A model generated the notes under the pieces. The model saw nothing but the letters and a program-made list of their open reading frames with translations, was not told the origin of the DNA and made no database searches. Of a stretch of 64,000 nucleotides of DNA, positions 13,923 through 24,567 are shown piece after piece (within the stretch, counting starts at the first letter, position 1; each line of letters begins with the position of its first letter). The position numbers and the translations under genes were made by a program. This DNA is from Gonapodya sp. JEL0774 (lineage: Eukaryota). The DNA lies in contig JADIIX010000095.1 in the NCBI GenBank assembly GCA_027604505.1, positions 1-64,000 on the forward strand, read 5' to 3'.

Positions 13923-15363
13923 ATGGCCGCATCCGCCGCATCGTCTCTGCCGCTGTTCTTCTCTGTCACGTTCTCAGGCCAGATCGAGTCCGCCCATGTG
14001 GGTGTTTGGTGTGCCGGCGTCTCTCACCCCTCCCGTCCCCCCTACTCAAACTGTGCCACACCCCTCTGTCTTTCCAGTTTTCCCACCACAGCGATCTCTA
14101 CTGCAAGTTTTCCTTCCTCTACGGCCCAGACTGGGTGGTGGTGGCGGTGCGTACTCACACACGCACACCCGCACTCGATTCCCCCCCTCCACCACACTCC
14201 CCCTTATTCACCCCCTCTCCACCACCCACCACCACACTCCCCATACCCTCTCCAGGGCCTCGAAGAAGGCCTCACCCAAATGGCAAGCCCTGGTCCTGGC
14301 CCTGACTCCGCCTCAAAATCCTGCGTATGGAACTTCCCAATCGAAATCACTTTCAAGTCCACAAACGCTTTCGGTGCGTGCCTTTGTGTTGCGTCCGGCG
14401 TCCGGCGTGCGACGTGCGACGTGCGCCATGCGCCGTGCGTTGGGTTCTGGTTTCGGTTACCGCCCTACCCCAAAAGCCAACCGCTCAACCCCTCACCCAC
14501 CCCTTCCCCCACCCCCCCCCCCCCCCCAATCCCCAATAGGCTGGCCCCAACTCATCCTCTCCGTGTACGGCCTCGACAGTTTCGGCCGCGACGTGGTCCG
14601 CGGGTACGCGGCGCTCAGGATGCCCACAAAGGGGGGGAGGTGGGTCGCGGGCATTGTGGGGAGGTGGGGTGGGCGGTCGAATGGGGGCGGGTCGGATAGG
14701 GTTGAGGACACGTGTCGCAGCGGTGTGGTACCGTGTGGTACCGGGTGGGAACCATCACCCTCAGGGGGGGGGGCGCGTCGCAGCCTGTCGGAGCGTGTGA
14801 CACCGTGTGGTACCGTGAGGTACCACCGCCTTCATCACACTCTTTTGCGGGGCGGAGTGCCTCACCACGTACACCTAGTCCCACCACACTCACCACCCAC
14901 CATTTCCCCATTGCCCCCGTACCAGCACCACCCGCCATGCCCCCCTCTTCACCCCGCTCGCCACGTCCCCCTTCAACTACTACCTCTCCTGGCTCGCAGG
15001 CCGGCTGCCAGAGTTCGTCGACCCGGCGTTCGTGGGGAAGGGCGAGGGGAGGGGGGGTGGGTAAGCGGGGGGCCGGGGGGCCGGGGGGCCGGGGGGGGGC
15101 GCGGCCGTGTGTGTTTTTTTGGACTGGGGTGTGAGGTGGCCGTGCCGTTTGCTCACCATTGTTCCGCCCGCCCGCCCGCCACGCACGCACGCACAAAACT
15201 CTCACGCGCGCAACGCACCCCCCACCCCGCCCCGCGACGACAATGCCGCCGCCACAAAGTCACCCGTGTGACGAGCGCGGGGTCGGTCAAGGTGGTCGTC
15301 CACGCGTTGCAAAGGGATGTGGAGAGGTTTGGGTATGCGGTCGGGGTGGGGGGGGGAAGGTGA
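13923..15363 (+). CDS. B9D1: B9 domain-containing protein 1 (ciliary transition zone, MKS module)
   Basis: [79 protein letters not shown]. Confidence 0.93.
14720..14828. repeat. Intronic 10-bp repeat cluster (gtgtggtacc)
   Basis: Two pairs of gtgtggtacc/gtgaggtacc units inside a B9D1 intron. Confidence 0.7.
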
Positions 15364-16500
15364 TCGGGATTTGGGCGTGTGGGGGGGAGGGAGGGAGGGG
15401 GGGGGAAGATAGAAGGGGCGAAGGGGGGAGTGGAGTGGAGGGATGTGACGTAATTTGGTTTCTTGCTTCGTTGGTGTATTTCTTTCTTTCGTACAATGAT
15501 TATATATGTTTGTGTCATCACGGTGCACAACCTCGCTTCCTCGGTTTCTGCAAACCGAAGCGTCTGTCAAACCAGACTCGGCTGGTGTGTTTTCGCTCCT
15601 ATTGTACCCGGTTCCCTTCCACCACTGGTCTTGCACCGTGCACGACCGCAGGAGGAAACCGAAACCCGCCTGGCCTCTCGTCACTCTATTGAAAACAAAG
15701 CCTCCCTTAGTAGATGGCGAAATCTGCAAGGACCAAAACACCTACCGAAGAATCCCCCTAGGGCGCTGGTGAGCGCCTGCTCATAATTGCATGTCCAATC
15801 TCAGGGCTTTCTGCTCTCATCCGCTTGTGCGCAGCTTCGCACGACGAACTTCATCTCTCGCTATGAGATGAGCCCGCCTGAGTGACGGATGGTCTCTCAA
15901 GGACCGACTGCGCCTCTGAGCGTCCTGCCGCCTCCCACCGGCATAGCCCTCACGGCCAGTGCTCTCAAGAAACTCGTATATACAAGGCAGGTTTCATCAT
16001 TCAATCCGTGCTCGATGCTGCCGAGTGAAGCCTGTCCGGAGGAAGTTCGCGATCCCGGACCCACGTCTCTTCGAAAAAAACCCATTCACTAGGCCTGATT
16101 CGGAGAGGAATGGCAGACTCTGACCACGTCTCAGAGGCTACACCATGACCGCGTCTCGGGGTGTAGGGGGACGGCACAAACCAACGGCCTTCTGCTCCAA
16201 AGGCGCTTCACTTGGCGGCAACAGCGGGGTTTGGCACATTGATACGTGCATTTTGCCTTTTTGCAGAAAGACAAGACCTTACCACAATACTTACGCTGGA
16301 CCAAGTCATTGGGGAGAAGATAGATTTGAAGTTAGGCGTAGCTCCGAATCAGTGGACGCCTGAAAGTCTCGCCTGCGGCTCACACAGCACACATACATCG
16401 CAAGCCACACCCCGCATTACATGATCTCTTCCGACCGCTCAGGTTCCCGCATCACCTGAGTTAGGGAGACTTCAACATTAGCATCGACCACCTCTTGCAA

Positions 16501-17560
16501 ATGGCGCATGAGGCAGGATTGGAGAAAGCAGGAGCTGCCTCCGCCATCGCCATTGAAAGTGAAAGAAACGCCGCGGCTCTAGCACAAGAAGCGTCAAAGC
16601 GCATGGTTGCGGAGGAACGGTTGACGGCGGAGAGGATGCTCCACGAGAAAGAAAATGCAACACCTTCAGGAGATCAACCGTATGGAGCAGGAGAAGCTCA
16701 TGCTCGAGAACCGCTACTGTCTCGCTCTCGCAACACTGACAACCGAACTCGCGAAGAAAACGGCGCGGGCAAAAGTCGGTACGTAAGGTCAGCAGAGCAT
16801 CACATTGCTATCAAGACTGACCAAAGAAGGCTCGGCCTAGAAAATGCGCTCACCATTGTAAACCTCAAGATCAAGCAGAAGAATAAGAGCGCACCCAACG
16901 GGACCGCACCCAACGGGACAATATCACGTGCCTTGATGGCGCTCATGCGTGATCCACTGTCTGAAAGGGATAAAAGAGCAAGAGCTCGGAATTGCGAGAA
17001 ATACCACGGGTTGAGCGGCACCAACGTGTTGAAGGCTGAGGAGTCCATTTACGCTTCGCTCTCGACGAATGCACACTCTGCCGGTTCAAGCCACGCGTCA
17101 TATGACACACCAGACCTCCCAAATGAAGCGTTTCCCAATGTGGAGTTGTACGCCTTTGCGAGGGAGCTTTGCCGGCGGGTTGGCATCCCTGTCGTCGGTT
17201 GTGAGCGAGCTCAAGTCCGCATGGCTGGCGCAATTTCATCTCACTTTTGATTGGTCTCAAGCTCCCGAGCAGGTTGAAGCTGCGGACCGCTGCTTCAAAA
17301 GTGATTTTGACAAACTACACCCTGTCCCCTGCGCATGCCTGATTTGCAAGACCTGAGGTATAGTGCAAGAAGACGTCTCAGAGATGGGAAATGATCATTT
17401 CGATATGGCTAAGGCAGCATTCTGGACGTACGTGCAACGCTGGTTTGGGAGTTATGAGGGGATGGAGAGTCGGGGAGAAAATGAACACTGGCAACACTAT
17501 CACAACAGAAAATATATTTTCACGATGCACATGTCGCTCGGTATTAGCTTATCTCTCTAT
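16501..17560 (+). other. Unassigned coding-like segment (coiled-coil N-terminal part); possibly a decayed gene or mobile-element relic
   Basis: 251-aa ORF 16495-17250, then a frame change and an in-frame TGA at 17354 between two coding-looking segments. Contains a 15-bp tandem duplication (APNGTAPNGT). Confidence 0.35.
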
Positions 17561-17653
17561 GTATGTACTGGACGATCAGATACGGACTACATAGCCCTTC
17601 GGTCCATCAAGACCGCACAGAATCAATTCACCTTCCCCACCCCACAACTGACC

Positions 17654-19962
17654 ATGTCCGACGGCAGCGACAGCGAGTTTCTGGAGGAGATGCTTGGCGG
17701 GGGAAAGAAACCCAAATCCTCCGCCAAGGTCGAGAAGAAGAGGAAGCGGGTCAAGACGTGCGTGACCGACGAGGACGTGGACGTTCCCGATCAGTCTCTG
17801 CTGGGACATTATTGTTCCCGAGTTGTGTTTATAGTGGGATTTACATACCAACCTACGATGCTTTACCCCTGTCTCCTCCCTCCTTCCGCCCCGTTCCTCG
17901 CTCTAGAAAACGAGACCCTGGGGATTCGGACTCCTCGCTCTCCTCCTTCTCGTCCGCCTCTTCAGCTCCCTCCTCTGCCTCGTCGGGCGATTCTGCCTCG
18001 GATTCTGATGCAGAGGTGCGGCAGTTGCGGGAGACGGTCAAGAAGTATGACAAGGACGGGTATTTGGACGATGCGGACAGGAAGGCGTTGGCGAGGATGT
18101 CGGAGATGGACAGGGAAAGGATCTTGGCGGAGAGAATTGAAAAGGTGAAGGACCGGTCGAGTCCGGTTGGGCGTGTGGGAGGGATCGTGTCGCTGATGTG
18201 GTTGGGTGTGTTAGAGGGAAGAAATTCAGCTGCGATTGGAGGCCAAACGAAAACTCAAGAATAAGGACGGGAAGAGAAAGTCATCCAGTTGAGTTCACCG
18301 CGTGGCTGGTTGACCAGCAAGGCGTCCGGTGGTCTCACACCGCGAATCGAACACGACATTCCCTTCCCTTTCACACCGGCCCCCCCCCACCCCCATAACA
18401 CCGCGACCGCACACGTCCCACTCACGTGCATAGAACGCTCTGACCGAGATAAAGGAAGTCGAAAAACGGAGGACGCGAAGAAAGGGAAGCGGAAGCGGCA
18501 CGGTGACGACGAGGTGCGCAAGCAGGATGCGGAGGCAGAGAGGGAGAGGGACAGGCTGGCGAGGGAAGATGAAGAAACGGTGAGTCGAATGGATGTGGAG
18601 TGATTTTCTTGGGCTGAGTGCTGAATGAGTTCTCCTTGGGGTGCCCCCACTTTGACGGGACAAACAATGCCCAATAAAGAAACGTCGTGAAGAGATTACC
18701 TATGACCTCATGCGATCGGTGCAAGTCACAAGGGAAGAACTTGCAAAGTGGGACTACTTTGCACACCAAGAGAGCACTCTCGTGGGTGTGTTTCACATGA
18801 CTTTTCCACAGAGTGGGGGTGGAAGAAAATGGCTCGGCCCAGCTGACATGCGTTGTTGTTCATGGTGGACTAGGTGCTTACGTGAGAGTTTTTATCGGCC
18901 CTCATCCTTTGAACAGGTCGGCGGTGTACAGGTTGTGTTTGATTGAATGTAAGTGGAACGAGCACTTTCGCGAGATTCGGTGACCTATTACAGCCACATT
19001 CGCTCCTTTCTCGAAACGAATGGAAATTTTCTTTTCTCAGCGCTAATTGAAATCAATCCCAACCAACAACCATACGTGATTGAGCGGACCAAACCGCAGA
19101 TCGTGACACGGCACGCGCTCAAAGTGCTTCATGGGAAGGCGAGCAAGGTGTTCAATTTTGATTTGATTTCTAACTCAAATCATTCGATGGTATGAGGTGG
19201 CGCTTTACTGCTCAACGTAGGCCGCAGGACGTTTCTTACTGGTCCGTTTATTTCTTCTTTCCAGGACGAGTTCCGGAGGTGGCAACAAGCTTTGACAACT
19301 GACAAAGCCGAATGGCCATCGAAGCATGAACTTCAGCTAAAGGCGAATCAGCTCGCGGCCATTCGTGAACGGAAAACAACCCAAGCAGAATTTGATGAGA
19401 TGATCAAAAACAAACTCTCGTTGCAAAAGGGGCCGCGGAATCTCGGTGCTGAGAAGGCTCGCCTTTTGAACGCACTGAACGTGGCGCAGGATGCGGGTGA
19501 ACTCGAGAGGGTGGCGGAGATAAAGGAAGAGCTTGCCAAGTTGGACGAGAAGTCGCAATCCAAGGCGGCTACTTTGAAGGACTGGTCGATCATCAACGAG
19601 AGGAACAGAAAAAAGGAAATGGAGCAACTTAAAGCTGCGGCGATGATTGAGCGACAAAAGAAGCATGGTCCGTATAATGCAATCGTTGGTGTTGATGCAT
19701 GGGCTCTCATTGTTAAGATCTGCTGTTTCAACTCTCTTCAGGCATCAAGGCGGAATCGAAAACTGACGAAAACGGCGTGAAATTGTGAGTTTGCTCTTCT
19801 TTTTGACATCGTCTAAGACGTCTTTGGCTGAGGAACTGTGCCTTATCCAGGGAGGACGTGATGGACCTTGATGGGGGCGCAGTGCTAGACCTGCCGATGG
19901 ACAGCTATCCTGGGAAATCGAGATTCGAAGTAGCATTAGCTCAATACCCAATAGTTTTGTAA
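17654..19962 (+). CDS. RTF1: PAF1 complex subunit Rtf1 (Plus3 domain); 3' end approximate
   Basis: HMD-type motif GYLDDADRKALARMSEMDRERILAER; Plus3 region VTREELAKW..GAYVRVFIG..YRLCLI..LHGKASKVFNFDLISNS..DEFRRW; INERNRKK. Confidence 0.9.
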
Positions 19963-20078
19963 ATACAGGTTGGCTTCTCTCGAACCTGTGGCACAAATAT
20001 TCCGGCAGTATGGCAAGTGCTCCGAGCTCCGATTTTATCCTTTCACCCACATATCCCTGCCCACCATCAACTATCACG

Positions 20079-22773
20079 ATGGGGTCGTCATTCTACAACT
20101 TCAAACGGATAGGCATTGTGGTGAGTGATCTCTGTACTCATTTTGTTCGCGGTTCTTAGTTGAGCTTATCGTTTCCCTTTCTCCCCATCTTTAGCCTCCT
20201 GCTGCTGGTGAGCTATCTTTGCAACTCAAGTCCCTATACTGGACTATACAACACTCAATCTTACCTTCTTTCTTTCCTTTCCGTGCCCGAACCGACAGAC
20301 TTCATTGATATCACATTGAGCAAAATCCAAAGGAAGACACCCACTGTTGTCCACCCGGGCTACCACATCAACCGTATTCGCCAGTTTTACATGCGGAAGG
20401 TTAAGTTTGCTCAGGATTGCTTTGAAGAACGCCTCACGGCCATTCTAACGGACTTTCCCAAGTTGGACGTGAGCTGGTTTGAGAGTGAATAATTGGAGGT
20501 CCAGGCCGACAATCGACACGGCACCCCCGCCTTTCCATAGGAAATTCACCCCTTCTATGCGGATCTTCTCAATGTTCTCTATGACAGGGACCACTACAAG
20601 CTCGCTCTTGGGCAAATCAACCAGGCAAAGCATCTCGTGGACAACGTTGCCAAGGACTACGTACGCTTACTCAAGTTTGGTGACTCCTTGTACCGCTGCA
20701 AACAGCTCAAGAGAGCTGCACTTGGACGGTATGTTGTCATGTGCTGGAGTGTAACCCCGTGTTGGGGCTTCTGGTGGGATATGCTTAAGTACGCGTTTTG
20801 CAGGATGTGCACCATCATGAAGAGGCAGAAGGACTCCCTCTCCTACCTCGAGCAAGTTCGCCAGCACATGGCACGTCTCCCATCCATTGATCCCAACACT
20901 CGCACTCTTCTCGTCTGCGGGTATCCTAATGTCGGCAAATCGAGCTTCATGAACAAGCTTACTCGAGCTCAGGTCGACGTTCAACCGTACGCCTTCACCA
21001 CTAAAAGCTTGTTTGTGGGACACATGGACTACAAATATTTGCGTTGGCAGGTTCGGTCCCCGTTCGTGATTTCGTATAGATAGCCCGGAGTTGATTCAAT
21101 CTCCCCGTCCCATTTTGCAGGTTATTGACACTCCTGGTATTCTCGACCATCCTCTTGAGCAAAGAAACACAATCGAAATGCAGTCTATCACAGCTTTAGC
21201 TCATCTGCGGGCTTGCGTCCTATTTTTTATTGACTTGACGGAACAGTGTGGATACAGCGTGAAGCAGCAGGTGAGATAGTGATGGAAGGTCCGTATGGTC
21301 GTTGTTTTATTTACGTCTACAATTTTCAATACCGCAGGTTGATTTGTTCCACTCTATCAAACCTCTTTTTGCGAACAAACCGACAATGGTTGTCATAAAC
21401 AAAATTGATATCCGGAAGCTCTCAGATCTTCAAGGTGAAGAAAAGGAGTTGGTGGACTCAATGCTGTCCAAGGATGGCGTGGAGCATTTCGAGTTGAGCT
21501 GCTATACAGACGAGGGAGTGATGGAAGCCAGGAACAAAGGCTGTGACATTCTGCTCCAATCTCGGGTTGAATTGAAAGTCAAACAAAACAAAGTTGGAGA
21601 CGATGTGTTAAATAGATTGCACATGGCAGTGCCCCAAGCGAGGGATGAGAAGGTGGGTCGGTGCGCTTGGTTATGTTGTCGGATGGAAGTAACGTGCGGA
21701 ATCGTCATTAGGAACGCCCAGCTTTCATTCCCGACGCAATCGTGGCGCGGAGAAAGGCCAAAGATGCGAACGCGATGGAAGAAGATGAGGAACTACAACC
21801 GAGGAAGTTGGAGAAGGACATCGAGCTGGAGAACGGAGGGCCTGGCGTTTACAACTATGACCTGAAGAGTGCGTACGAAGCGTATTGGTTCGATTTCTGT
21901 CTCCAGTCCAATCGTTTAATTGCTGAATCGTGTTCAGAGCTGTACCTCTACAAGAACCCCGAATGGAAGCACGATATAATCCCGGAAATTATGGACGGAC
22001 ACAACGTCGCCGATTTCTTCGATGAGGACATTGAGGAGCGGCTTGTCATGCTTGAACGCGAAGAGGAACGCTTGGAGGCCGAAGGTTTCTACGAGGAGGA
22101 AAGTCTACTGGGAGATTCTGATGATGAGGCATTGGATAAGGCCGTGAAGGAAATGTTCAGCAGAAAGAAGGTTGACCAAATCACTGCTAGGCTCGGGGCG
22201 ACAAAGAAGGGATTACGCAGGGGTGTGGGACCGAGGGTGCGTTCTTGTCAGTTCCGAGCCTTTCACCTTTACAATGATTGATTCCTTTCACATAGGCTGC
22301 TGCCCCCGGGGATTTCGAGGGTATGCTGAAGAAGCGAGGGCTGTCTGTGGATGCGAGTGTTATTCGGAGTCGCTCAATAGCTACAAAGAAACGAACACGA
22401 GATGAAGCGGATATGGACGTGGACGAGCCAGCAGTGGAAGCCTCTGCGGCGGCCCGATCCAAGAGCAGGATTACATCATTGCAGAGAAGCCGATCAAAGG
22501 GAGCTAGTGTCGCTCGAGAACCATCTGAAATGGGTCTTCGAAACAAGAAGGTGTGTTTCAGCCTTATGCCATTCGTGTGGAAGGGCAAGGTTTTCATGAC
22601 ATTGTTCTGTCTTTGCACAGCAAAAACGTGATGCAGAAAAATTGCGAAACTTATCTCAAGTTTCACGTAATCTTCACGGCCGGGCAGGCGAGGCTGACAG
22701 GCATATTGCCGTCAAGTTGCCGAAGCATCTCTTCTCTGGGAAACGCGGGATTGGTAAAGCGGATCATCGTTAA
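20079..22773 (+). CDS. NOG1: Nucleolar GTP-binding protein 1
   Basis: [64 protein letters not shown]-terminal [17 protein letters not shown]. Confidence 0.98.
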
Positions 22774-22898
22774 GGCTACTGTGTTGATTATAATTTACGT
22801 AATACATAAATGATCTCGGCGCCGAGATGTTGATGTTCTTTAAACCAGCTCTCGCACCTTCCACAACAATCCTCACCAGTCAAACCAATCTGAAGGCC

Positions 22899-24378
22899 AT
22901 GGCGTATGGGGCACATAGCTCCCATCGGCGGGTACCATCTGCAGAGAATTTCATATCGCAGTGGGAGAGCGAGTACAAGGTGCCGTCATATGTGAAGGTA
23001 CCTCGAGAACAACCGTCTCCTCCAACCGATTTTTGAACCCCAGCGCGAATTCGTGTGGAAAACGCCTCTTGTGCTTCCATCTTCGATATACTATGCTACT
23101 CAGCCTGACCACAGATCCTCAGCTTCTTCACCACGGCCTGTCGTGACTGACTCTGATCGACTTCGAGAAAACAGCTCAAAATTTCTCTCGTTGAACCAAG
23201 GACAGGAGGCTGAGCTTGAGGGGACGAGGGAGCAATTTGTGGCCGGTCGCTCGCGCTCCCCGACATCTCCGGTGATCCCCCAACAAGTCGATTTGCAGGC
23301 AGGGGGATCACCGTTCAGGACTCGGGAAGCGGCTCGTATACTTTCCAAAGAAGTCAAACTGTCCCCCTTGCCTGGGAGATACTTTTTGCACGAAGGGGTG
23401 AGTGAGCACACCCACGAACATGTACACACCTTGTTCAGTCGCATGATTTCAGCGTCCTCGTAGAGTGATGATACTTCTTCCCATGGACGGAGAGGCTCTA
23501 ATGGAGAGAACAGGCCCGTCGTCTGTAGTGCCGGTGCAGCGGATACCCTCAACGTGACGGGGTTACAACAGCATACGATGCCCTTCGACGAGCGACGTGC
23601 GGGCCTTGCGAGGAAACAGAGAACAAAAATGCCAAGCACTTTACCGGACATTCTGTTTGAAGATCACCTCAAGGGGTTTGCTGGCATTCCTGAAAAGGAG
23701 ACGTGGCAGAGTACCTATACAAGAGAGTTCGTGGACTGGAGCAGGTGAGCAGAGTTCTGCTATGAAACTGTGTCATAGGCCGTCGATCCTCACTGAGAGG
23801 GAAAGTTTTGGCGTTTCCCCCCGTCAGTTCTCTCACCAGCATGGGGAAACAGTCTCCAAATCAGATATCGATGACAGTTCACTAACTCCTCCCAGACGAC
23901 CAACCATAATCATTGATGAGACGCATCGAAGTCCTCCAGAAGATGTCATTCTGGATGATACGGAGTTGGATCCAAAAGAGCCAAAGCTACCGGTTCGTGG
24001 AAGTGATCAACTTCAAAGGCATTGTGTAACGTCGCTGAAATGCCCTTGGTATTGCTTTTGATGAAGGTTAACAGTGAACACGACAGCGTCGTATTTGCCG
24101 CACCCGCGAGATCCAGTGCAGTTGCCGTGCAAAATCGCGAAAGATTGAAATACCACGAAAGCGGATCACGACTAGCTAAATCCACGACGCCATTGAATAA
24201 AATGACGGGGACAATCAGCAATTTTGGGCCGCTTCATCCAATTCGGAGAAGGAGCAGAGGCACGGTGGAAGATAGCTTGGACAAGTTTAATCGCGCCAAA
24301 TCCCTCGCCAGCGCCTTAGGAACTCAATCAACTAAATGGGAATCTGGGAACGGTTCAACCAGACGGCTTCACTTTTGA
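22899..24378 (+). CDS. Uncharacterised, mostly disordered protein with SEY / STYxxxFxxW motifs
   Basis: ORF fragments joined by GT-AG introns; motifs WESEYKVP and TWQSTYTREFVDW. Confidence 0.6.
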
Positions 24379-24567
24379 CGGGATACACGAGTCGACGGAA
24401 TATACGTTAAGTGTGCAAAGTGAGTGAATGTGGTGTGACGTCTCCCCAACGGCAGGCGTGGTTTGTGCTTACTGCCCGGTAGTGGAAACAATAATCAGTT
24501 TCACATGTATGCATTATTCCACAACGGTAATACAAAATTTAAAGATAAAATCCAATGCAAGTCCGTA

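Noticed and set aside
12570..14830. Short repeat clusters as a CRISPR-like array
   Set aside because: Units are 9-10 bp with no unique spacers, intronic, and in eukaryotic DNA.
11200..15700. Many long overlapping ORFs (up to 455 aa)
   Set aside because: Explained by GC-rich introns reading through in the mS29 and B9D1 genes.
17354..17356. In-frame TGA after CACLICKT as a second selenocysteine
   Set aside because: Not at a recognisable redox motif, I saw no SECIS-like element downstream, and a nearby frame change suggests decay or an intron.
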